The translations under genes were made by a program, and so were the position numbers. A stretch of DNA of 64,000 nt from Eledone cirrhosa (Eukaryota), in assembly GCA_964016885.1 (NCBI GenBank), contig OZ024740.1, forward strand, positions 265,670,001 to 265,734,000. The letters run 5' to 3'. How positions within the stretch are numbered: position 1 is the stretch's first letter; each line of letters opens with the position of its first letter. Positions 42,671-57,301 of the stretch are shown one piece after another. Below the pieces are notes generated by a model, which saw nothing but the letters and a program-made list of their open reading frames with translations, was not told the origin of the DNA and did no database searches.

Positions 42671-43155
42671 AGAGAAAAGGGGAGACAGAAAGATTTGATT
42701 CCCATTTGCTCTTTACCTTTTTTATTTGCGGTTTTACATCGTTATATATCATTTAACTACAATCAGCCCTTGTGTTAATATTGTATTTATACACTCAGGA
42801 CCATTAATGACAGTTTCTCAAGATTTCAACGCTAAATTCAAGATAAAAGAAGAATGTAATTCTTGTTTAGGGATTTAATCATAGGAAAAATACCATTGTT
42901 CTGTCCTAAAATAAATCAATATTCTACACTAAGCAATACGTATATTCTTTTTCCGATTAAATGGATGCAACCCTTCCGTTCTAGTCAAACGTCACATTTC
43001 TAACTCTCAAACACTATTCCTGGCTGAAAGGGGTCAGTGACTTTGTCACCGTGTACGTAATAAAGTCCATTGGAAATTTGAAGAATTTTTCATGAACATC
43101 GAAGTCATTTCAAGCAGATTTGTGGACACGCAGGATACATATACAAATATAATAC

Positions 43156-43330
43156 CTGATAAAAACCTCTTATAACCAAATTTACTTAGAGAAGCTGTAT
43201 ATTCAAAGAAATAATCAATTGTTTTCATCAGCCAATGACGCTGCAAATGGATTCCGTTTGCATTAGTAAATATTGGTCTCCAGTTTAACAAGAAGCTTAA
43301 GCACAATAATATTAATAGATTATTGGTCAT
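43156..43330 (-). CDS. Possible first coding exon with a signal-peptide-like N-terminus
   Basis: MTNNLLILLCLSFLLNW... is open to a cag|gtatta donor-like site. No homology recognised. Confidence 0.2.
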
Positions 43331-44477
43331 AGCATTAGTTAGGCAATTCTAATTCTTATGGAATGTATATATTTGAAATATGGAAGTTTATATCAGGTCA
43401 AATCTAGATAAATGTCAAGCTAAAATGATAAATTACTTAAACGTGATTCATTGTCCAGAAGATATTTGCTGAAATATATTGAATTGTCATCATGAATTAT
43501 TTTTAGTATTCAAATTCCATTCTTACAGAATCCTTCGGATCGAAAAGTTAGCGCTGGTCACATACTGGGTCAATTCAATCTTTTATATCCCTTCACTATA
43601 AATGTGTGCAAGTATAAAAATGCCAATTAATATTTTTTACCTAATCTGCTCTGGATAAAGCATAATTTCACTGTTAATCCAAATAGAATGTCTAATCAAA
43701 AGATTTGATCAATGTGTATGTTAGTGAGTGTCAGACAGTAGGTCTAACCTTCCAATTGTAATCTAATAACCAGATTTGGTGTTCAGTTTGTCGATAAGAC
43801 GTCGGATTAAATGTTTCAGTATTTGTTATCGCTCATTATGCTTTGACTTTAAATATGATAGAGGTCGAATCAATAAATTGTCGAATCAATAAATTGTAAA
43901 AAAAAACAGTCCAGAGGCGATGGATTGGCGTTACTCTTGCAATGTCCGATGACAGGATGATATCGGATTTTGAGCGTTATGAATTTAAAACCTGCCTCTT
44001 TATGCCATGAGATGTAACCATAGATAGAATGGAAAGACCAATGAAACATTATTTTCATAATCCTATCTGACGATCAACTTATTTATGTTCTAATATATAT
44101 ATTACATTACTAATATTTTCAAGAAAGATATGGACGTCATATAATTTCATTTTATTCCATTTTGAATCTCAGACTACATGCCTGTCAGTGAAATTAATAA
44201 TAATAGGTGCAGTTGTTATTTATTTTTTCTGTAACTGGTTGTTAGGTACGATTACAAAAACTCAATCAAATTTTCTGTGAAGGTAAATTATTGATAAAAT
44301 ATTTGATCAACTACTTCTAATGAAAAAATGTTCCGCTCATCTGGTGTTGAATTCCGCTTAGTCCTTGTGAATATCTTAATAAGGTACCAAGGGTAGTTAT
44401 TTTTAAGGCTCTTGGAATAAATCATTCACCCTAAAAGGAATGAAATAAAACTAAATGTTATTATTATTATTATCATA

Positions 44478-46392
44478 TTAGATCAATCGAAAACATTCGA
44501 TAGGGTCGACTATCGGTACCTGGAGGCTGTCCTCAAAGCAGCTGGCTTCGGGCCCCATCTTCAGAAGCTGGATCACTGCAATGCACAGCGGCATCTGATC
44601 GGTGGTCAAAGTGAATGACCACCTCTCGGAACAGTTTCAGGTGTCCCGATCGGTCCGTCAAGGGTGCACTCTCTCTTCCCTTCTGTACGTATTGACTCTC
44701 GAGCCTTTCCTGCGGAAACTGGAGCTGTTGCAGGACATCCCGTTCGAACCGAACGCGGAAAGGTTGTGTCGGCTTATACGGACGAAATTACCGTGATGGT
44801 GTCAGATACCTCGGAAATCGAGGTCGTCGGCACCTTATTGGAGAAATATGACAGGTTGACAGGTGCAAAACTTAACCCGGAAAAGTCGGTGGGCTTGCAG
44901 CTCGGTACTTGGAGGGGGAAGTCCATGTCGTCCAACAGCGTCGTGGGGCGCTGGACGGACGGACCGGTAAAGTTGCTCAGGGTTTGGTTCGGCCCAGACC
45001 TCCAGGTGGAAAAGAATTGGAACGAGATAACGAGCAGGGTAGCCAGTTTCACCCAGAAATGAGCTGCGAGAAAGCTATCACTAAAAGGTCAGTCGGAGGT
45101 GGTGAATGTGTACATCGAGTTCGTCATCTACTACAGCCTGACCGTCGTGCCTTGCCCCCGTCCATGCCTCGCCAGCTTGGAACGGCTCCTCTTCAAATTC
45201 GTGTGGAGGGGACAAGTCCCGTTGATGATGCGGTCCATCTGCTGCCAGCACCCTCTACGAAGAGGGTTGGGCATCCGTAGCTAATGATGCGCAGACATGT
45301 GCTGAGGCTGCGGCATCCCCAGATATTCTGCCTAAACGATGATCAGGTGTGGTTGCCGTTTATCATACGGGCCTTTCCGCAGCTCGTTTCTTTGACTGAG
45401 CTGCAGTCCTGGGTTAAGAAGAGACCAAGACTGGGTGACTGGCACCTGGAATGTTGCCAGGCACTCACTGCCCTCTACCAAGCGGACAATGTGATCAGTG
45501 GAACTTCCATTCTCGAGTTCTATACAGGATTAGTGGTGGGCAAGTGCCACGACGCACACGGAGAGGCTCTGGGCTTCGACCAAGTCGAACTGACCAGTCT
45601 GTTCCGGAGGACTTTCGAGTCGGGGATGATAGATAACTTCCAGAAATCCCTCGCTTGGCAGTGCTACTGGAGGGCACTGCCGGTTCGAGATAAACTCTAC
45701 AGGCACGGAAGTGCTGTCAGACGGACCTGCTCGAGATGCGCACAAAGCGACGAAACCGTTCTGCACGCACTCGTCCAATGTCCGTGCATTACTGACTAGT
45801 GGAGTTATGTCGAACAACTGTTGTCACGTGTAGAACGAATCCGGCTATCGGCCGAGTCCATAGTAAAGATCGACCCGCCGCTTTTCTTTGGCCAGGAAGG
45901 GCAGGCAATTCTCTGTCTGGTGGCAATTGCGAAAGAGGTTGTATGGTGGACCAGGTTGAAAGGACTGAAAACAGACACTATTCTCTTCGGCCAATCCCTC
46001 AACAACTTCTTCAAGTTTCACCTGGAAACGTAGGTGAGTGCGCAGGGAGAAGTGCTGCTCCCCAGTATATTTGCTAAAAGGTGGATGACCATGCGCCTAT
46101 AGGCTGGCTAATTTGCGAAGGAGAGAGGTGCTCTCCTCGGGTGCCCTAGGAGCACAGGTTTGTTCAGGATTGGTGGGGTACCTGAGTCACCTCTGGATCA
46201 CCCACCCACTATTGGGGAATTTATTTTGTTATATTTATGCATAGTTTATTTTATATATTTTTAATATTTTCATTGTTAAATTAGTCTTGACATTGTGCAC
46301 TTTTTTTTTACTCGAGATTATTGTAAACCCCCACTGTCCGTGTCATTGTATTGTCCCATACATGTCGGCCCTTGTGGCCAATAAATGAAATC
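44478..46392 (+). mobile_element. 5'-truncated L1-Tx1-like LINE with an 18-bp target-site duplication in (ATT)n
   Basis: RT and zf remnants homologous to 30635-32270. TSD attattattattatcata at 44460-44477 and 46393-46410. Confidence 0.92.
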
Positions 46393-47943
46393 ATTATTAT
46401 TATTATCATAATGCTTTGTTTTGATTTTTTTCTTATATAAATGTTGAAACATTAAGGTAAAAACACATTTAGATACATTTACATACAGTAAATTATACAG
46501 TATTATTAACAGTAAATTACACAGTATTATTAACAGTAAATTACACAGTATTATTAACAGTAAATTACACAGTATTATTAACAGTAAATTACACAGTATT
46601 ATTAACAGTAAATTACACAGTATTATTAACAGTAAATTACACAGTATTATTAACAGTAAATTACACAGTATTATTAACAGTAAATTACACAGTATTATTA
46701 ACAGTAAATTATACAGTATTATTAACAGTAAATTACACAGCATTATTAACAGTAAATTATACAGTATTATTAACAGTAAATTATACAGTATTATTAACAG
46801 TAAATTACACAGTATTACTAACAGTAAATTATACAGTATTATTAACAGTAAATTATACAGTATAAGTACCAGTAATACACTGGGATAATTGCTGGCCTTG
46901 TGCCAAAAAGTAGAAACAATTATTAACAGTAAATTATACAGTATTATTAACAGTAAATTACACAGTATTATTAACAGTACATTATACAGTATTATTAACA
47001 GTAAATTATACAGTATTATTAACAGTAAATTATACAGTATTATTAACAGTAAATTATACAGTATTATTAACAGTAAATTATACAGTATTATTAACAGTAA
47101 ATTATACAGTATTATTAACAGTAAATTATACAGTATTATTAACAGTAAATTATACAGTATTATTAACAGTAAATTATACAGTATTATTAACAGTAAATTA
47201 CACAGTATTATTAACAGTAAATTATACAGTATTAATAACAGTAAATTATACAGTATTATTAACAGTATATTATACAGGATTATTAACAGTAAATTATACA
47301 GGATTATTAACAGTAAATTATACAGTATTATTAACAGTAAATTATACAGTAGTGTTAACAGTAAATTATACAGTATTATTAACAGTAAATTACACAGTAT
47401 TCTTAACAGTAAATTATACAATATTATTAACAATAAATTATACAGGATTAATAAAAGAAAATTATACAGGATTATTAACAGTAAATTACACAGGACTATA
47501 AACAGTAAATTACACAGTATTATTAATAGTAAATTATACAGGATTATTAACAGTAAATTACACAGTATTATTAACCGAAAATTACACAGTATTATTAACA
47601 GTAAATTCTACAGTATGATTAACAGTAAATTATACAGGATTTTTAACAATAAATTACACAGTATTATTAACAGTAAATTATACAGGATTATTAACAGTAA
47701 ATTATACAGGATTTTTAACAGTAAATTACACAGTATTATTAATAGTAAATTATACAGGATTATTAACAGTAAATTACACAGTATTATTAACCGAAAATTA
47801 CACAGTATTATTAACAGTAAATTCTACAGTATGATTAACAGTAAATTATACAGGATTTTTAACAGTAAATTACACAGTATTATTAACAGTAAATTATACA
47901 GTATTATTAACAGTAAATTATACAGGATTATTAACAGTAAATA

Positions 47944-48132
47944 ATTGTTTCTACTTTTGGCACAAGGCCAGCAATTACTCAGTACATTACTGGTACTTTA
48001 TTTTATCAACCCCGTAAAGATGAAAGGCAAAGTTAACTTCGGCGGGATTTGAACTCAGATCATAAAGGGACGTAACTCTATGCTTCAAAGCATGGTGTCC
48101 GACCCTCCACCGATACTGCCAATCCACCGCCC
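47944..48132 (-). mobile_element. Family-A SINE
   Basis: Full head (box A/B), core and tail, as at 6960-7140. Confidence 0.88.
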
Positions 48133-48184
48133 TTATTAACAGTAAATAATACAATATTATTAACAGTTAATAATACACTATTAT

Positions 48185-48365
48185 TGCAGTATCGGTAGAG
48201 GGTCGGACGCCATGCTTTGCAGCAAAGAGTTATGGCCCTTTATGGTCTGAGTTCAAATCCCACCGAGGTTAACTTTGCCTTTCATCCTTACGGGGTCGAT
48301 AAAATAAAGTACCAGTAATATACTGGAATAATTGCTGGCCTTGTGAAAAAAGTAGCAACAATTAT
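48185..48365 (+). mobile_element. Family-A SINE, head-to-head with the previous copy
   Basis: gcagtatcggtagagggtcggacg..gttcaaatcc..gcctttcatccttacggggtcgataa. Confidence 0.88.
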
Positions 48366-49761
48366 TAATAAATTATACAGTATTATTAACAGTAAATTAC
48401 ACAGTATTATTAACAGTAAATTACACAGTATTATTAACAGTAAATTATACAGTATTATTAACAGTAAATTACACAGTATTATTAACAGTAAATTATACAG
48501 TATTATTAACAGTAAATTAACGTTTTTGAATCGTTTTCGCAACATTTTAAATTCATCTAAAATGTAAGAAAATAATGAAAAAATATTAATTTTATTCGAA
48601 TAACAGTAATATTATTAGATTATTGCAAAACACGCGGGATTTCTCCTAGCAGTTGATATACTTGTGTGAAATGCTAGTTGTTATTGTAATACCTGTTTAA
48701 AGTAATTTGAATCCATTCAACCCTTTGCAGTAAGGCGGCACGCTTAAAAACAACTATATTGATATAAATAAGTATACTTTGAATATTTCACTAATTGTTT
48801 GGAAGTTATACGATTGTAAATAAAAGAAAGAATCTCGGAATAGTGCAGATGGAACAAGAATATGTTCGTATTGTAAGAAGTGATCTATTGGAAACATAAT
48901 TTTCTCTCTTAATTATTAATACCCTTTGCGCTCTTCTGATAATCGTCCCTTCTATCTATTTTCCTCTTCTGTCTAATTCCACTACACCGTTTCACTTCAT
49001 ATTATCTTAGTGGAAATATTATCACACGTTTATTAAAGCCGTCGGTAATACGAGAGCCTTCATTGACTGTGTATAGAACAAGAGAAATACAAAAGACTCT
49101 AACATAGAATGACATCAACAGAAGGTCTTCTATTGATGTCATTCTACTGTAGTATCAGTCTTGATACTAGCTTCCGGTTACTGAGTGATCTCATATTGGC
49201 CATTTTATTCCTATTTTCATTTTTTTTTTACATTTCTTTTATGATATTGTATTTTCTATATTAGCATCGTTTTTTGGGGGTGGGTATGATTTACTTTATC
49301 ATTAGGGAGAATAATCAGCAATCGGATTGTTCATGGAAACTGTTAAATTATTCAATATTTGTGTAGATAACTAAAATATATTTATTAGAACATATGAAAT
49401 AAGAGATAAAGTATTCTTAAGTCATTTCGCTATGAAAAGCGAAATAATCATTTGCCGCCCCCAAAATATACGAATATTTTATTTTTTTAAATGTTCAGAA
49501 GTTTTTTTGATTTAATAAACGAGGTCGAATAATATTTATGAAATAATTCCTTAGTTCACATAGTTACGTAACCATTCTCAGAATACTCAGTCACAAACTA
49601 ATTACAATCAGATTCAAACAGATATGTACATACTACTCACACAAACACATATGGAAATAATTTATTGTCTGCGTATATGTACATTATACAAGCACACACA
49701 CATAGATGCATATATATATAGTTATGTTGGAGCGAAAACTTTATATATATATATATATATC

Positions 49762-50404
49762 AAAGGTATATATTGACCAGAATCGCTAAGGTGAAAAGAA
49801 TACTAACTATAGACAATTGGGTTTGCTTGTCTCAATTTAAGAAAAAATCAAGAAAATAAATACAAACGATATCTCTGTGTTTGTTTTTCTTCTATATTCT
49901 ATTATAATATACGGTTCGGAAATATCTCTTTCTTAGAGCTATTTTGTTGTAAGAGACTATTTTGAGTTTCTAACTCAATATATACCCTTGATATATTCGG
50001 CTCCGTTAATATGTTGCGCTATTTCAAATGTCGAATAAACCTGGCTGCTATTTTTAGTGGTGTGGGTTTGTGAGACACGCTAGGATGCCATGTGCGCTAT
50101 TATATATAGCACACTATTCAGTTTCTTAATATACTTAGAAGTGTCTAGGATACTAATTCCTCACCCACTGATGAACTTGAATTGGTAATTCTATTCACAA
50201 TTAACATTGCGAAACAGCAAGTTGTCTGGGTGATTGGTAGTTACCACAATTCTGGTTTGTATTTATTTTCTTGATTATTTCTTAAATTGAGACAAGCCAA
50301 CCCAATTGTCTATAGTTAGTATTCTTTTCACCTTAGCGAATCTGGTCCCTTACGATTTGAACACATATATCTATATATCTGTGTTCGTTTTTCTTTTATA
50401 TTCT

Positions 50405-50412
<8 letters not shown>
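49762..50412 (+). mobile_element. Non-coding PLE pLTR element with an inverted 5' tail
   Basis: 49775-49866 is the reverse complement of 50255-50347, and 49869-49910 repeats 50376-50415. Contains an HHR; (TA)n flanks. Confidence 0.8.
50161..50233 (+). ncRNA. Type I hammerhead ribozyme
   Basis: tcaccca-CTGATGA-...-GAAA-cagc aa gttg-TC-tgggtga. Perfect 7-bp stem I, GUC triplet; base of stem II weak. Confidence 0.8.
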
Positions 50413-50436
<24 letters not shown>

Positions 50437-50583
50437 GCAAAAGTTTTATTTAAGATTGTTGGGTTACAACGAGTAAATATTTTATAACTGATATAAAAGC
50501 ACTCAACCAAATCAACTTTTTAAATGGAAGTTGCATTATTATAAGGTATGTCAAAAATTATTTATAAAACAGCTTATGTATTG

Positions 50584-50649
50584 TATTTTGTCTGAGGAAG
50601 GCATACCATATTTTTAATATGATATCCCAGAAATATATATAACGAAATA
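50584..50649 (+). ncRNA. Type I hammerhead ribozyme in PLE remnant 50438-50690
   Basis: tattttgt-CTGAGGA-...-GAAA-tatata-TA-acgaaata; same family as 20939-21004. Confidence 0.7.
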
Positions 50650-50689
50650 AATATGGTTTTATAAATATAGTTTCCATTTGTTTAATATC

Positions 50690-50746
<57 letters not shown>

Positions 50747-50788
50747 TTTCGCTCCAACATTACAATTTACATATAAGTGAGTGAATTT

Positions 50789-51211
50789 TGTATATATAAT
50801 GATATACGATATGTATACGATATGTTTACGAATAAATATTTTGAAGCATTTTAACTATGAATTTTGGAAGCTGATGGTTAACGCCATCTAGCGGATACCA
50901 GCAGAACCGGTAGAGGATAAGTATTTGATATATTTTGATATACAGTTTTTAATATACTGTTATTCCTTTGCTTTTGTCTTTGCTGACGCTTGTGATTTGT
51001 ACTGTTTTCTTAATTAGTATGCTATGAATCTCATCCGTTGTATTGAGTTATCTCATGTTTGTAATACAATCGTCTCTTCAAATAATAACTAGACACCTGA
51101 GGATATGTAGAGCGATGAACAAATACCTCGTATGCATCGTGGTATGGCCTACTGCTCTATATTGAATAAAGATATGTTTTAAGTATAACTTGTTTCTCTT
51201 TTCTAGTTACA
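50789..51211 (+). mobile_element. Probable solo LTR (423 bp)
   Basis: TGTA...TACA termini, a 4-bp direct repeat attt on both sides, and AATAAA ~40 nt before the end. Confidence 0.5.
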
Positions 51212-51385
51212 ATTTATGAGCTCTTCAGCCCGAATAATAACAGTCTACAACAGTTTCTCCTACAGCTGAGAAAGCCCTTGGCCGATTTCGAATTACTGCT
51301 GTATCCAGAAAACTGGATAGCGTCGAGTTTCTCACATCTCTACCAGTGTCTATGTTCGAATACCAAAATACCACCATAAATATTG

Positions 51386-52989
<1,604 letters not shown>

Positions 52990-52992
<3 letters not shown>

Positions 52993-55900
52993 AAACTGGA
53001 ACGGGAACAAAAACACAGAGAGGCAGTACAAACAAAGGTTTATTAGTTTCATGCTGTTGAGAGTGGCGGTGGGGAACGATGTTTCGTGAATAAGCCCTTC
53101 TTCAGGAGAAAGGTGGGTGGGAAGAGAGTTCTGAGGGTGTGTGGGGGAGTGGGGGAGAGACATTTAGAAAAAAGGGGGGAACGGTGGAAGGGGTACAAAT
53201 AAAAATAAGCATAAAGATAAATAAGTGGTGAAAGGGTGTGGGGCGTATAGGGGTGGTGGCGGGTGGAGTAGGGAGAGGGAGGTGGGGTGTCCGAGCGTGG
53301 AGGGCTGAAGGTGGTGTTTGTGTATGTGTGTAGGTGTACGTGTGTGTGTGAGTGTGTTAATGAATGTGAGAGTTGGGGGAAGAACCAGGTTCCATGTTCA
53401 GGAAAAGGTGTGTGGGGGGGGGGTGCATCCGTGTGGATTGGGGTGTGGTCAGATGGGGTGTGGGGGGGGGGATTCCGGAGGCTGAGTGTGTATATGTGGG
53501 GGTACGCAGGTGTGTGTTGGTGTTTATACGTGGTGAGGATATAGGTGGCGTGGTTCGAAAAAAAATTGTGTCTGTCCGTGGGTAAGTTCCTAAGGTAGTT
53601 TCGTGGAGTGTGCGATGAGCTGCCGGATATTTTTAATGTTATCGAGTGGATTGCAGGAACGATGACCGGTGGTGTGTAATCCGTTGGTTGTGGTGCTCGG
53701 AAGTGGGGAGATGTTGGGTGCGCGCGCAACAGGAAGTGGTCAGAGGGTCAAGGCAAGATTGAAGGCATAGCAGTAGTGGAGAATGACATGTGGAGAAAGT
53801 CAGTGTGGGGTGAGCACTGTGTCTCTGTGTGCGCGGAGGTGCGGTGGACAGGGGAGAGGATGGGTAGGTGTGAAAGGTCGAGTGGGGAGGGGGTCATGTG
53901 GGGGTAGGGGTGTATTAGTAGAGGTGTTAGTGGGATGTGTGTGTGTGAAGGGGTATGGGTGGAGCGTGGAGAGGGAGAGGGAGAGAAAAGGTGTGGGGGA
54001 CGGTGGAGGGGGTGTAGTGTACTGGTGTGTGTGCGTGTTTGGATGAGTGTGTGTGTGGTAAAGGGAGTGTTAGTGGGTGTTAGTATACTGGTGGTGGGTA
54101 AAATGTTGAATGCGGGTGTGTTAGTGGGGGTTAGTGGTGGTTGGGTGTGTAGAGTGGGTGGTATATGTAGGTGTGGGTGGGTGGGTGTGGGAAGGTGTGT
54201 GTTCGTGTGCGTGGAGTCGGGGATGTTAGTGGTATTAGTTGTGGGTTGGTTGGAGTGGATGTGTGGGTGAGGGTTAGTGGTTGTAGTAGGGTGTGTGGAT
54301 AGTGTGAGTGCGTGTATATATGTACAGGTGGGTGTGTGCCTGATAGGGAAGCGGTGCGGATATTAGTATTGTTAGTTGTAGGAGGGTGGCCGGGGGAGGT
54401 GGGTGTGTTAGTATTGTAAGTTGTGGGGTGGGCCAAGGGGGTGGGCAGTGAAAAGGAGGAGTGTGTTAGTGGGGTTAGTGGGGGATATGTGTGTGTGGGG
54501 GGAAAACAGGGTGGTCGAAGGCTAAAGGAATAGGGGTGGGGAGTTCAGGCCGGGGGAAGTGTGGGTCTGTAAGGGGAAGATGGTGCGTTGTTCGACCGTG
54601 GGGCGGGTGGCGGGTGTTCCGTGGCATTGGAGTAGGCCACAGACTGTGAGGTGGTAGGTGGAATGTCCAGGGGAGCCAAAGTGGCGGGCGATGGGGGAAC
54701 TCCCGCCGAGACGAATATCTCGGAGGTGTTCAGTGAAACGGTCCGCCAGGCGACGTCCAGTCTGTCCGACGTAGATTGCACCGCACTCCCTGCAGCGAAG
54801 TCCATAGACTAGGTTGGAGGAGGTGCAGTGGAACGTGTGCCGGACAGCGTTGGGACCCTGGAAGGTGGTGGTGTTGGTGATGCGGGGGCAGGTGTGGAAA
54901 CGAGGCCTGAAGCAGGGAAGGGAACCGGGGGGAGAAGAGCGTGGGTTGGGTGGTAGGGAGCTGCGGACGAAGAGGGTGCGGTGATTGCGTGCGCGTTTGA
55001 AGGGGGTGTCGGACTGTAGGCGTCGGAAGAGGCGGGGATGGTGCGGTGGAGGGGTAGGATTAATGGCTGGTAGGTTATGGGGAAGGGGAGACGGTGGATC
55101 GGTGTGTGGGGGTGTGGGATGAGGGTGGGGTAGCGGTGGACAGCACGGGCTCGAATGAGGGCGGTGTGGAAGAGGGAGGAGGGGTAACCTCTGTGGATGA
55201 AATGGCTGACTAGAGAAAGGACCTGGGATTCAAAGTCAGCATCTCGGCTACAGATGCGGCGGATCCGGAGGAGTTGGGAGTAGGGAATAGAGTGTTTTGT
55301 GTGTGTGTAGGGTCGGAGGAGGTGCAGTCGAGGTAGGAGTGTGTGGGAGGGGTCGATGGCGACGGAGATGTCTAAGAAGTGGACGTGGGTGGTGGAGATA
55401 GAGGTGGTGAAGTGGAGGGAGGGGTGGAAGGAGCAGAAGAAGGAGAGAAAGGAATCGAGCTGTTATCGGGTGAGGGTCGTGGCTCCGATACAGTTGTCGA
55501 TGTAACGACCGTACAGTTCGGGCGTGGGGCCGGTGTACTGGGCAAATATTTGGGCCTCAACATGGCCAACGAAAAGGTTGGCATAGTTTGGGCCCACCCT
55601 TGTGCCGATGGCTACCCCTGTGACCTGTTGGTAAAACTCACCCGAGAAGGAGAAGCAGTTGAGGGTGAGGACAATCTCGTCGAGGCGAAGGATGGTGGGG
55701 TGGAGGGCACGGGGCAGGGATGGGGGAGCGGAGAAGGGCGAGGTAGTGTCTGAGGACACGTAGGCCGTTGGCGTGAGGAATGACAGTATAAAGTGTCTTG
55801 ATATCTAGGGTGAAGAGGAGGGGGTGTGGGCCGTGTGGGAAAGTGAAGTAGTCGAACAGGCGAAGGGCGTGGTTGGTGTCGGAAATGTGGTAGGGGGGAC

Positions 55901-56460
55901 GAGGGGGGCGAGGATGAAGTCAAGAAAGGCGGATATGAGTTCGGTGGGGCTGTTGCAAGCGGAAACGATGGGGCGACCGGGTTGTCGGGTTTGTGGAGTT
56001 TGGGAAGGAATTAGATAGTACGGGTGCGGGGGTGCGAGGGGGGGGGGGCGATGAGGGGGGCGGGAGTGAGGAGGAGGAGACAAGATGTTGGATGGTGGAG
56101 GAAACTTGTTGTTGGTAGAGGGGTGTGGGGTCGGAGGGTAGAGGGCGGTAGAAGAGTGGGTTACGGAGCTGCCTGAGGGCTTCGGTCGTGTAGAGCTCAG
56201 CCCGCCACACCACCACGGCGCCTCCCTTGTCCGCCGGATTGATGACGATGTCATCTCGTCTCGGGAGGGAGCGGAGAGCGAAAAGTTTGCCCCGTGAGAT
56301 GTTATGCCGTTTGGAACGGTGGCGGAAGTCGAAGCGATTTACTGCACTACGGCAGGCATCAACGAACGCGTCCAGGTTGCTAAATTGCCCTGGGGCCGGC
56401 GTCCAAGACGATGATCGTCGGCCCAGAGCGAGAGACGTGATTTCTCCCGAATGAAACAGT
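52990..56460 (-). mobile_element. Neptune-like PLE, 5'-truncated and decayed, with a C/A-rich long 3' UTR
   Basis: PADKGGAVVVW, PGRPIVSACNSPTELISAFLD, FYQQVTGVAIGTRVGPNYANLFVG..RYIDNCIG, and GIY-YIG NLVY..C..CGAIYVGQTGRRLADRFTEH at ~54545-54915. Degenerate HHR ctgaagaagggc..cgaaac at ~53078-53110. Confidence 0.88.
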
Positions 56461-57094
56461 TCTAGTCCTGTAGAAGCCATTTCTATTTTTTTTTTATTAT
56501 ACTTAAATGCAACAACACAGCTCGCCATTTTGATTCATATAAGTTCCCTCTTTGCTGTGACCCGTCTTTTTTCTCTCCCGTTGCTGCTATCTTCTCTCTC
56601 TCTCTCCTTCTCCCTCTTACTTTCGTTCACTCCCTCTGCTTGTCATCTCTCGGCTATCCTCCCACTATAACTATCTCTTTCTCGCTTCCTCGCACTTTCA
56701 CTCACTCCCTCTCTGCTAGTCATCCTCTCTCCGCGCTAGCTCACTTCCTCCATCGTCCAGCACTGTACGCGGTCTCTTTTCTCGCTAACACTGCTACGGT
56801 CTAGGCGTGTCTTTTGTCTCTCGTTAAAATTTGCCCGTTCTTATGTTCGAAATGAGTTATTGGCATGATATTTTTCCTTATTTTCCTCTCTTTAAGTTGC
56901 TTCACCATTCGTGTCTGTTTACATGTCTTTCTCTTCCCTCTCCCTTCTTTTATCCCAATAACTTATTTTAGTTATTGACTCGCCCTAGGTTGAGGTATAT
57001 TGTCTCTAACGCGAAGAAATACCTATGATTCCTAGTAGACAACTGATGACAGATATTCCTCTCTCTCGCCCGTAACTTGCATTTTTTTTATTAT

Positions 57095-57155
<61 letters not shown>

Positions 57156-57249
57156 AATAAGCTTCCAGAGTCCTCGCTTTGCCTGGAAACTTATATGAGA
57201 ATAGACTTTACTGATGACGGGATGTTTCTCTACACCTTCTTCGGGCTCT

Positions 57250-57296
<47 letters not shown>

Positions 57297-57301
<5 letters not shown>

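Larger units (their letters stand above)
46484..48520. repeat. 24-bp minisatellite (attattaacagtaaattaYacagt)n interrupted by SINEs
   Basis: Roughly 60-65 visible units. SINE pieces at 46862-46921, 47944-48132 and 48185-48365. Confidence 0.97.

Noticed and set aside
46318-47944. 351- and 371-aa ORFs with 8-aa repeats; CRISPR-like periodicity
   Set aside because: A stop-free 24-bp minisatellite with no unique spacers and no cas genes, in eukaryotic context.
53049-54436. P/H/T-rich and G/V/C-rich ORFs
   Set aside because: Low-complexity PLE UTR; compositional artefact.
57036-57250. Two ctgatga motifs (57043, ~57211)
   Set aside because: No GAAA or closing stems; at most decayed pLTR remnants.
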